Assembly: GCA_902520595.1 (NCBI GenBank)
Contig: CABYOM010000001.1
Span: 528-64,527 of the forward strand
DNA: 64,000 nt
Origin: an uncultured Candidatus Poseidoniales archaeon
GTDB lineage: Archaea > Thermoplasmatota > Poseidoniia > Poseidoniales > Poseidoniaceae
Direction of reading: 5' to 3'
Part shown: one piece after another, positions 45,376 to 56,000 of the stretch
Numbering within the stretch: the first letter of the stretch is position 1
Layout of the letters: every line of letters begins with the position of its first letter
Translations under genes and position numbers: made by a program
Notes under the pieces: generated by a model
Databases searched by the model: none
What the model saw: only the letters and a program-made list of their open reading frames with translations
What the model was told of the DNA's origin: nothing

Positions 45376-47046
45376 ATGCAATTATGCCTCGTAGAATTTT
45401 CTCGTCCCAACAAAGATTCTGGCGAGTACTTTTCAGTAGATTTTACCGACGCAGTATCCAATCACGAAGTTGATGAAATCATTCTTTTCCAATCGACAGA
45501 CCACGTTTGCAATGAACTTAGAGAGGAGTTGGAAGCGAAATTCCCACAAGCAACCATCCGCCTTGAACAACTTGAACCAATTTCAACTGACATGATCATG
45601 CATGAGATGATGCAGCTGCCATGGAATTTATTGCGACAGATTCTTTCAAAACTTGACGAAAGTCAAGACTCTCTATTTGTTCTCGGTCGTGGCACAAGTC
45701 TGCATCAGCATGTCATGTGGCTAACTGCTGAAATTCGAGGAAGCAAGATTATTTCCATCGATGAGCCGAATGTTGAACTCTTTCATGTTGGCTCTTCAAG
45801 AATAAATACAGAGATCGCTAAAGCAACCCTTGGGGCGTTCGTTCGTCTGCATGTTCAGGAAATCAATGAAAACATTACTGGTAAAAATGGCTGGTTCAGT
45901 GCGAATGATATTTCAAAGTTGCCTGGTGCTGTTGCCTCAGGAATAAACGCAGCAACACAACTGGCCTTGAAAGAAGGGTATTTGCTTAAAGAAGACACAA
46001 CATCCGGTAATACAGTGTACAAATTAACTCCAAAAGGCTGGACTCTGTCCCTAAAAAATTACATTGAATCGAAAGGTGTTGAAGATGAAGGTTTGAAGGA
46101 GATTTTGATTTCTTTCGCCCGACTCCCAAAAATAGCGTCTGCAGTAGGTCACAATGCACGACCACCACTCCTTACCTCGCAAATTTCTGCTGCGGGCATT
46201 CACGATGGTTTACTGGTCGTTCTTCAAAAAATAGATGATTCAATTGAGGGGTCGCACGTAATGACACTGGATGAAGCGTGTGATTTTTTCACAGAGCCAG
46301 AACTTGTTGGGGATCTGAGGGCCGCACAAGAAATACTACGGCAAAGGTGTGTTTACGATTGTGTTGATGTGAAAAATCACTTGGTCGTCATTAATCCCGT
46401 CTATGGAGAAGATTTTCAATTGCTCTTCTCAAAACATCTTCTTGCTGTTCTTGAAGATTTTGAAAAGCAATACGGCCGCCATCACTGGAATTTTGACATT
46501 ACAAGTCCAGTGAATCAGATTAAGCCTGCCGTTTCATCTTTCTCAAACGTTACGAAAGCCTCAACATGCTACATTCTCAAGTCTAAAGGTGAAAAAGGAG
46601 CAGTAATAGAAAAAGTCGAACTCTCTCGACACCCTCGCTATTCCCACAAACTGTCTGTTCCAAACTGGGGAGCCCTTGAGATAATGAATACAAAAATCGC
46701 TTCTGGGTATCGGAATGTTCTAGTTGCACTCATGCTCCTCGAAAATGTAAATTCCAAGAAATCATCAAACAGCCTTCCGTTTGACGATGTGGAAGAAGAA
46801 AATTTTGATGGCGTGGAGTGGTCTGAAATTGTTACTTTTGTTCAAGATTTGAAAAGCCCATATGACCTCAAGAAAGGAATCATCACTGGAAGCTCAACTC
46901 GAATGAAAAAACTCATTCAATCAAAACTTGTTCGTCGTAATGTCGCTGATGAAGGGTCTTCAGTTCACCGCTTTTCACTCACCAATGAAGGCTACCTTGT
47001 AGCAAGTCAACTGTATGGCGACATTAGCCGGGAGGGGATGGCGTGA
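45376..47046 (+). CDS. Tandem CARF-like + winged-helix regulator (Csa3-like architecture, duplicated)
   Basis: The N-terminal Rossmann-like unit has 'VDEIILFQSTD' and 'LFVLGRGTSLHQHVMWLTAEI' (the GGT-type CARF loop). wHTH-like stretches are 'EGYLLKEDTTSGNTVYKLTPKGW' and 'KLVRRNVADEGSSVHRFSLTNEGY'. A second Rossmann-like unit lies between them. Confidence 0.4.
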   Translation: MQLCLVEFSRPNKDSGEYFSVDFTDAVSNHEVDEIILFQSTDHVCNELREELEAKFPQATIRLEQLEPISTDMIMHEMMQLPWNLLRQILSKLDESQDSLFVLGRGTSLHQHVMWLTAEIRGSKIISIDEPNVELFHVGSSRINTEIAKATLGAFVRLHVQEINENITGKNGWFSANDISKLPGAVASGINAATQLALKEGYLLKEDTTSGNTVYKLTPKGWTLSLKNYIESKGVEDEGLKEILISFARLPKIASAVGHNARPPLLTSQISAAGIHDGLLVVLQKIDDSIEGSHVMTLDEACDFFTEPELVGDLRAAQEILRQRCVYDCVDVKNHLVVINPVYGEDFQLLFSKHLLAVLEDFEKQYGRHHWNFDITSPVNQIKPAVSSFSNVTKASTCYILKSKGEKGAVIEKVELSRHPRYSHKLSVPNWGALEIMNTKIASGYRNVLVALMLLENVNSKKSSNSLPFDDVEEENFDGVEWSEIVTFVQDLKSPYDLKKGIITGSSTRMKKLIQSKLVRRNVADEGSSVHRFSLTNEGYLVASQLYGDISREGMA

Positions 47047-48236
47047 CTGAAGAAGGCGAGTTTACTGTTGAAGATTTGCGTAAATTCCACGAACAAGAAG
47101 GTGAAGAGCCAAGTCTTGTCTGCCCCCACTGCGGCCCTATTTTTACATTAATTGATGAAGTTGAAGAGATGCGTCTAAGAGGGTTTGTAAAACACCAAAC
47201 TTCTCAATCAGATGAAGTGTATATTCTCGCTAAATTTGGGATATGTGGCGGAAAACACGACGGCATAGAGAACATTTCGCCCTATGGGGTCCCACTCATA
47301 CGCGAAGACGATTATAATCCAACGATTCCAAGGGCGCAACCCACTCCTGAAGAGCTCGCAGAGTTTGACCAGGAATATGATGCACCAGCGTGGGTACCAC
47401 AACCAAGTAATGAGACAAAGAATCATACCAAAACAAGTGCATCTACCGCGTTAGGCGATTATTTGTATGAATTGGATCCTCCCTACGTTATTGAACAATT
47501 CATTTCGGCTTGGCAAGAAGAAGAACATAACGAAAATCTCGATAAACAGAATGCTGCAAATGAGTGGTTCGATTGTTTATGGCCATTCATTAAAGACACA
47601 TTGGACGTCAAGGAAGGAGCCACGATTAAAGAAAACCTACTTGTCACAGTCTACCTTCATAAAACCGCTGTAATGAGGCATATAGAGCCGCTCTGGATGT
47701 TCTGGAAAAGGTTTGGTATGGGAAAAAGAGCACTCGAAAGGGCGTTGTTATCATTTCCTGCTGATTTACCAAGTCACTTCCAAGACCTTTTCACGATTAT
47801 TGAACGTGATTATGAGCCTGAGCGCTCGACCATCGAATCACTTGTCAACACCCTTGTTCGCAATAAAATATGTCCTGCGATGAGTGGTTCAGAAATGCAA
47901 GCCTTCATCCAAAATGCGACGGATTTCCTTGGAAAAATGAAACAAGCACCCTACGGTAATGTGAGTTGTTATGAATTTTTGACTTTAGAATCTCTTATTG
48001 CAGATTCCATGGCTCTTGGCGGTCAAACGCTGCCCCATGCTGGAATCATTGAACTTGTCTGTGTCTATGCAACCATGAGGCAAAAAAGCAGTTCTGCTGA
48101 TGGGTTCTTGCGGACAGTTTTCCCCAGTGAGGCTGACCCTCTCTGGAAGGCTGTTCTCTCACAACACGGAGCAAAAATCGGAATCGAACGAATGATTAAC
48201 AACTTGATAACTCATATCGAAACACATACACAATAG
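47043..48236 (+). CDS. Hypothetical protein with N-terminal Zn-ribbon-like motif
   Basis: 397 aa. The GTGA overlap with the upstream stop suggests coupling. 'CPHCG...CGGKH', then a helical region. No family recognised. Confidence 0.5.
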   Translation: MTEEGEFTVEDLRKFHEQEGEEPSLVCPHCGPIFTLIDEVEEMRLRGFVKHQTSQSDEVYILAKFGICGGKHDGIENISPYGVPLIREDDYNPTIPRAQPTPEELAEFDQEYDAPAWVPQPSNETKNHTKTSASTALGDYLYELDPPYVIEQFISAWQEEEHNENLDKQNAANEWFDCLWPFIKDTLDVKEGATIKENLLVTVYLHKTAVMRHIEPLWMFWKRFGMGKRALERALLSFPADLPSHFQDLFTIIERDYEPERSTIESLVNTLVRNKICPAMSGSEMQAFIQNATDFLGKMKQAPYGNVSCYEFLTLESLIADSMALGGQTLPHAGIIELVCVYATMRQKSSSADGFLRTVFPSEADPLWKAVLSQHGAKIGIERMINNLITHIETHTQ

Positions 48237-48256
48237 GCAGAAGAGGGGGTGAAGAA

Positions 48257-50038
48257 ATGATCGACCGAAAAAACAAGTCTGACATCGATCGAGCCAGGGA
48301 GGTGATGTTCAACCGAGAGGCCCCTACTTTCACTTGCAATTCTATTCCTGTAGGCAATCAACTTCACATAGTGAACTCTTTCAGTGAAGTTTCTCCATTG
48401 CATACAACAGATGCAAATGAATCACTTCCGGCAGTGAATATTCAGTTTTTGTCAAGCACTAATTCGGTCGAAATGAAAGGAATAATTGACCGTGGGAAAA
48501 AAATCGGCTTTCTTCTAATTTTCATAAACTGGCCAGGGAACGAAGAGAATCTTCAAAACGCATTCAAAGAAATCATCAAACAGAAAGTACCTTTGGGTCA
48601 AAACAATCAAAACCAAAATATTGAAATAAATACGCACTCTATCCGTAAAGGTGATTTCCAAAAGAAAATGTTGATCTTAGATAGTATTACTGAGAGCACA
48701 TCTGGAATATTTATTTTTGATTTTGACACCGGGATAGAAGGTCATTCCAAACGTCTCGAAAAAATCGGAGATTTTGCTTTAGATGTGGATTTTAATATCA
48801 GCGACCTACGTAAAAAAGTTCAGGAAGTCAAAGGAAAAGAAAAAGTAATTCTCGGTCTTTTCTCCAACTTAGTGCAAGCTAAAGTCGTTACAAATGAATT
48901 TCTCCTCAGGAACTTTATTACACTTGACGATAATTGCTTTTCAACACTAATTTTACCTGCTTCATATTTTCCTGGCGAATTTAATATGTATTTTGAACTT
49001 GCAGGAGTCATACAATCGATAATTAATTTTCTTACAACCACCCAAGATTATCGCAAAGGTATTATCGATGCCCAAAATGAAATTTTTCTAAGATGTATTG
49101 AAAATAAATTGCCGCAGAACGAAGCAACAGCAATTGCATGTAGCATCTATTTTGGACTTGAATCTCACAACATTTTGTCCAATAATAAAATTACTGTAAC
49201 TCCAACATCTGAAGACCTTCCATCTACGGGAATACATGATATTGATGGCGCCATTGAGAATGTAGAAAAATTTGCATTTGATGAATGTCAAAAGATAGAA
49301 AAGCAGATTAATCATGCGGTTTACTCATCTCTACGGAGCATAAATATACTATCAAATCAATTAAACGATTACCACAAACTTCTGTTCTCAGTTGTCGTTG
49401 GCGCTCAAAGTTCAATTTGGGAAAACCCTCAAGCGAGAAAGAAACTCAAGAATGAGGACAGAATTAAGGAAATGTGGAAATCTTTTTGTTCAGGAACAGC
49501 CCAATCTCTTATTGGCAAACAGACATACGGTGAAAACACGACTGAGGGGCAGATTCTGTATGCATTCGGTAAAAGCATTAAGCAGATTCAGCAGAATCGT
49601 GGCAAAGGGTCTTCTTTAATTTATCAAATTATTACTGAGGGACAAGACGATGTAGAAGACCCACTTGATACTCTTGAAAGATTAAAACTTAACATGAAAA
49701 GCAGTGAACATAACTTTGGGGCTGCTGTAAAGCCTCAAATACATCCAATTAACCTAATTCTGGACGAACAAATTTTGAAGTATTTGCACGTTCTATATCT
49801 CAAATGTAAGAGTATTACTCATACGCCTGAAATCTTAAAACAAGCCCCTGTTGGTAACGAGTTTGAATTTTTGTTTGTATCTTCGAAAGAAAAAAATCAC
49901 ATTAATAAGAGTGATTTGAAAACTATTCTGACTAACTTAAAAGATGCAGTTCAAGTATACTATCCCGGTGGTCTTTCATATGCGACAAGTACGCCAATGT
50001 TTAGAGAGACATCTTTGCAATGGTGGGTAGGTGATTAA
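48257..50038 (+). CDS. Hypothetical protein
   Basis: 593-aa N/K/I-rich ORF in tight operon spacing. No family recognised. Confidence 0.5.
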   Translation: MIDRKNKSDIDRAREVMFNREAPTFTCNSIPVGNQLHIVNSFSEVSPLHTTDANESLPAVNIQFLSSTNSVEMKGIIDRGKKIGFLLIFINWPGNEENLQNAFKEIIKQKVPLGQNNQNQNIEINTHSIRKGDFQKKMLILDSITESTSGIFIFDFDTGIEGHSKRLEKIGDFALDVDFNISDLRKKVQEVKGKEKVILGLFSNLVQAKVVTNEFLLRNFITLDDNCFSTLILPASYFPGEFNMYFELAGVIQSIINFLTTTQDYRKGIIDAQNEIFLRCIENKLPQNEATAIACSIYFGLESHNILSNNKITVTPTSEDLPSTGIHDIDGAIENVEKFAFDECQKIEKQINHAVYSSLRSINILSNQLNDYHKLLFSVVVGAQSSIWENPQARKKLKNEDRIKEMWKSFCSGTAQSLIGKQTYGENTTEGQILYAFGKSIKQIQQNRGKGSSLIYQIITEGQDDVEDPLDTLERLKLNMKSSEHNFGAAVKPQIHPINLILDEQILKYLHVLYLKCKSITHTPEILKQAPVGNEFEFLFVSSKEKNHINKSDLKTILTNLKDAVQVYYPGGLSYATSTPMFRETSLQWWVGD

Positions 50039-53000
50039 ATTGCAAAACAAATACCAACTTCGGGAACTTGCCCATGAGAACTTAAAACCGTCCAATAAAG
50101 AGTTTGTTCCTCGAAGTGCATTTGATAAACATAAAAGTGGAGAGGTATTTGTAAACCCGTTACTTGCCCATTATGACAAATTCTGGGATGTTGAAGAAAG
50201 ATCTTTTTCCTTTATGCAAACTATGTGCAATGTACTAAAAGGCCCTATAGAATATGAAAAACAAAAAGCAATCGATGCCACACAATATCTGCTACTCGGC
50301 AAACCATCTTCTGGGAAAACCACTGAATTAAGACGAATTTCTCATGAAATACTTGGTCAAATTAATGATGATCAAATCATCCACCTTTGCAGCCTTCAAA
50401 ATACTTCAGCAGTTCAGCGAGAAATCGAATCAAAAGAGGATTTATGGAATTGGATGATGAGAAGCCATGAATCAAAGGTTTGGGCTGAAAAGAGATATTC
50501 TTTGGAACAATTCTCTCAACTACATCTAGAAAATAACTTGAAACCAATACTCTTAGTCGATACCGTCGATCTTCTCATTTACGGAAAAATTGGAACAGAA
50601 AGCAGCATGAAAATCACCGAGTTTTGGAAAGAACTTGTATCGGATATAGAATTACTTGGTTGGACAGTTCTGTGGAGTTGTAGAACATATGAATGGAATT
50701 TGATGAAAGAACATAATTCTGCAGATAGAATTAATCTCATTGAAGTATCTCTTCCAATCTTGAATGAGAAAGAAATTACTCAAAGGCTTGAAAGTATTCC
50801 TACCGCGGATTATTTGCAAAGGCACATGGTTACACTTTCATGGGCATTTCCAATTGTAATAGGCCACTACATTAATTACAGACAAAAATTTGACTGGGCA
50901 CCAATCATCGAAAATTTTCGTGAATTACATTATGAAATGCGAAGAACGAGTTGCGATGAGGTAATAGTGGCTAACAATGCTGGACCTGTAACTTGGATTG
51001 CTAGAGAATTGAACGAGGAAATAGCTACAGACATATTGTATAAAGGAATCAGAAGCGCAATAATTGATTACATTGTGAAGGTGTACCATTATGGTTTGGA
51101 AAAAGTGGAAAATCGGTGGGAGGAGATTGAAAAGGAATTTTACTCTGCTGCAAGACCAAAATCAAGTGTATCCCGTATACAAATTGATGCTTCTTACTTA
51201 GAAGATTACGATGACAAAACCCTTACTGAGGCCTTGATTAAAAGAGCCGTAGGTTTCGGAATATTAAACAAGAATGGCGAAACCTTAGAGATGACTCACC
51301 AACTATTTGCTGAGTATTGTGTTTGGATACACAAGAGAGAAACAGACCGAGAATTAATGAAAAAATTCCCCTCAACCATATTTAGAAGTGAGTTAAAAGA
51401 CGCTGACCAAGCAGTTTTGAATGAAGGTAGAGATTGGTTCCTCCCCTATATCCTGTTTAACATGGATTTAGCTAAATTCCCAGACCTTCCTTCCTTCGAA
51501 AAATCAACAACACATGCATGGAAACAATTGGCAGACTTTGCTCGACATGAACAAAAATCAGAATTACCAAAAACTAAGGCCAAGCACATCGAGAACCACA
51601 ATGTTCCGTTTAATCATTCACGATTGATAAATAAGGAAAAAGAACAATTGTTAGATAATTTAAACAGTACTTTTCCTCTAATCATTAACGGTCCACCAGG
51701 AGTTGGCAAATCTCACCTTTCGTATATCTGGATAGATAAGATGGCTTTAGGTTTGGACTGGGAGCAACTTTTACCCGATAAAAAGAGGCAGATTTTTGTT
51801 GCAGACATTAATGCTTTACCTACCGCCTATTTTATGACTCAAAGTCAAAGGTTAGCCAGTCAAATCTCTGATAAAATCGATGAATATTATGGGGTAGACA
51901 CACGGCCGGTTAAATTTGAAAATTGGGGCGTGAGTGAATATCTCGCTGATTTAGAAAAGTTACTTGGAATTGAAAGTGAAACTTTTTCGTTCGAAGATTT
52001 TGAAAAAGAATGGAAAGAATATTCAAAAGGAAATAATTCGAGAGGTATAGCCGATCTGAATAAAATGTCCATCCAAGCACTGTGGAATGAGTATTTGCAT
52101 AATGTTATCGATAATCAAGGCGATCGCAAAGATTTTGAAAAATACAGAAAGTCAATAGACCACATTTTCAAGTATTGTAAACACCCTGTTGACGCTAAAC
52201 AAGTGTTTGGGAAATGGGCAATTGAAAGACGTAAACGTAGCCCTAAACTCTCTCTTTCTGAGCAAGCTGGCCAGTGTATCAAGCATGTTCTTCCCATATT
52301 AGCTAACGGAAGTTTAGAACAGCGAGAATTGATACATACCATGCAACCAGATATTCTCGTTCTTGATGAAATACAGGATTTGCCTGCGCCGGTAATCTTG
52401 CTGATGCTCATTATGCACAAAGGTGAGACAAACACTGTAATGATGTGCGGAGATGATGAACAAACTCTCGAGTTAATTCAATTCAACTGGAGCACAGTAT
52501 TTAAACACATATCTGTTGCCATACATGAGCTCTATGAAAGTTATAAAGAAGATTCAGAGAGCATAATTTTTATTGAAAAATGGGTAAATATACAAGATCA
52601 ATCACTCAACAAAATCCAAGAAAAAAACACTAGTTCCCTGAAAATGGTTGAGCGAAGTATTCCTGAAATTGTAGATGTATTAAGTCAATCATGGCGTACA
52701 AGTGTCACCTCTCTTGAAGTGCCAGATGAAATTAAAATTAATCGAAACAAAGGAACTGGTGCCATAATAGCTGGACAGTTCTCCATTGATCGCGAAAATC
52801 GAAACGAAGAGAACGACATCGATCAAGGTGTTGAATATTATGAAGTTAAGAATACAGATTGGTTCGAAAAAGTAGCAACTGAAATCTATGAGCAGGCTTT
52901 AGATGTAGCGATTCTTCTTCCCGATCTGACCCAGTGGGAGAGGTATAAACAACTTCTCGAGGAATGGGATATCAACATTGAAATTTGGACTCCTCGTAAG

Positions 53001-56000
53001 ATTAAAGGACTCGAATATTCTGTTGTTATTGCAGTTAATCCTTGGCATATTGATAAAGAACATTTCACGGATGTGATTGGAAAGAATATCACTTCTTGGA
53101 GTGAGGCAGAACAATACGTAACAGATAATCATGGAACATCTGAACATTCAGAAGCGAAAATCAATGCGATTGCTCTATTAGCTAACCAAAGACGAAGACA
53201 TTCAAATATCATGCTCTCGAGAGGAATGGACCAATTGTTCATCATCTCTGAAAATGAGTCGGGGATGATTGAGACCAAAGATCCAAACTTTAGAGACCAA
53301 CAAAAAACAATACTTGACGATAACGCTGATTTGTTCAGTGAAAAAACCAATAAAAGTAACTATCAAGGTATCAATCGATTGATTAAGCGTCTTAGCATGA
53401 TTATTCTTTCAGTTGAAACTGAAAGTGATAGAAATCAGGTAATGTACAAATCAAAACATATTCTTCAAACTCTAAAGTTAGATGAGAATGTTGAAGATTA
53501 TTTACCCTTTTACCTACTTTCAAAGATTACTTCAGATCATTTTGACGAAGATGAAAAGAACGACCTCCTTGGAGTCGGGCTAAGTAGATTTAGTGAATTG
53601 AGTTCATTAAACCCGCCTCTCGGAGTGAAAAATTCTCATTCAGCTTATGGAAAGTGGAGTGACTTTGACGAATTACAAAGTTTTTGGGAGTATACCGAAA
53701 GTCTTGTGTCCGTATGTAAAGAGGACGAAGGCAGATTGAAAATTCCAATTCTTCTTTTCAACGAATACAATTCTAGGTTAGAAGAGTTCATTTTACGATT
53801 CTCTAGACCAAATGATAGTTGTTTCAAACTAGACGATACCCTCGATCAAAAGGAAAAAGAATCTCAGAAGAATATTATTTCCGACTATATCGTAAATCGA
53901 ATCTTTGGTGGTCAGAAAGAAAGTGAAATCGAAGCGGAACAATGGTGCACTGCTGCGAAAACCATCAATCTAAGTACATTTTCAATTACCTTAGATGTTG
54001 AGAAGAATCCGAGATACAAACTGCTGTTAGATATTTTACAACGACAAGAAATGGACGATTATAGTGATGAAATTTCGAAGAAATCTTCTTCCAAGAGCAA
54101 GGATAAGAACGAATTACTGAAAATCGATACTGATTTTTGGAAAGAGGGGAGTCATCACCTTTCCCGTATTGACCCTTATGATTTATTTGATATTAGCAAA
54201 AGAATTTGCAGCCAATTAACGATATCAAGCAATTCTCTCAGTATCGAAGGTGTGAATTTTCTCAGTAAGCTAATCCCTAGAAGTTTGAAGGAGAGAAGGC
54301 AAGAATTGGAAAATCGATTCAACACCGGGGGTATAACCGATTTATGTAAAATTTGCAATGCTTTAGAAAAACAAGCATCGAACAACAAAATATCTCTACC
54401 TCTAATCTCTTCACAGATTGAAGATTATGTTTCACAAATCATAGCCAACAAGTTATTTGAGAATATAGCAAATCCAAGTGTCCGGAAAGCATTGTTAGGT
54501 AATTCATTCGGATTATACGATCTGTTTAAATCTAAGATCATGAAAACTAAAAACAAAGAGTTCAATTTAGGTAAGGCTATGCAATTAGGCCGTTTGTTAA
54601 TAAATGATCTAAGCCATGGGAATAAAGCCCCAAAACCGAGTGATTGGGAACTTACAATCATAACAGATCTTCAAAACTTTGCCACAACAGAAATTGGCCG
54701 AGATCGTTTTGTCACAACTACCTACATGGAAGACATAAAAATTACAGACGTAGAAGACATTTTTTGGAACGGAAACGACAAGACTGAAATGCTTCCAAAA
54801 CAAATTCAGGGAGAATTCCGAGAGACCCTATTTGCAACTTCATTACGCTATGAACTCGATGATAGAGGACGGAAAAACCTTATCTTTTTCTTAATTAAGA
54901 AGACATACATTGACAATTTTTCAAGATATACTATCCAAAGAAATGAGGAAGTAATGAGAGAAAAGATTGCTGAAAAAATAAACCTACTTCCTCTTAAACA
55001 AAGTGAGGTAGATTCAGAGAAATGGAATATTATTCTCGACGATGAAGAATTCGCCAAAAAATTGGTCTCTATACCCTATGAAGGCGTTTTATCTGATATC
55101 GACCCAGATATATATTTTGGAAGAACAGTGGGCGGCTTTATCAATGCCAAGTCATGGAATAAATCCTTGCAGAAGGAACTGACGAGTTTAAATAAAGGGA
55201 AAAGTATGAAACTTGCCATTGCCGAGATCCAGAAGCGAACTGATTCTGCGTATGATGCAGCAGGCGGCGAAGGAATGGGTTCTACCGAACTTCAATCACT
55301 TAAAATCAGTACACATGAACATTTGAGAAAGAATATATCTCTTCCACATTGGAGAGAGCAAGTGCTAAGAAAAAACAACAAGAATCTTACAAGTAGATGG
55401 GCGAATGATTTTATTCCAAATCTAAGTGCTAAACAATCAATAATTTTGTATTCGGATGTTAACAAAATAAAGAGGAAATTGTACAAATCCTATCTACACC
55501 TCGAAAAGGTGTTCAAAGAGGCGAAGGGAAAACTGAATTCGCGTAATTTACGCGAAACACAGTCTCTGGCGCATAAAGGTTTTACATGGATTAAGAACAA
55601 ATGGGGTGATGCAGAAGTGGAAGTATTTTTCACCGCCATAAAGAAAGAAATTGAATCATTCGATATGAATTCCTTCCTTGAAAAATTTGTCAATTATTTC
55701 CATACGAATATTAAGCTAAAGATGCAATGGAAGTCTCTTAGTAGTTCATTTTTAGAAGTTGAATATCCAAATACATACGAACTATTAGGACAGTTTGGAA
55801 TTAAAGAAATGAGGGATTTACTTGATAGCTTAACTGGGTCATCACGGGGGATTCACGAGTTTTCACTACTCAACATACCTTTAGACAGTCAGAAATTCTT
55901 GATTGACTTCTTACAAAAGTTTGGAAAAGATGAGAAATACATCCCGAGTACAACCCCTATAGATGAAAAACTAGATTCTTCAGAAACAATTGGAAATTAT

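Noticed and set aside
47043-50038. The 397-aa and 593-aa proteins as hidden Cas7/Cas5 (RAMP) partners for the Cas10-like protein
   Set aside because: I could not find glycine-rich RAMP loops or any repeat-associated motif. They are encoded in a different operon 14 kb away on the far side of the Ubl cluster. They are left as unknowns.
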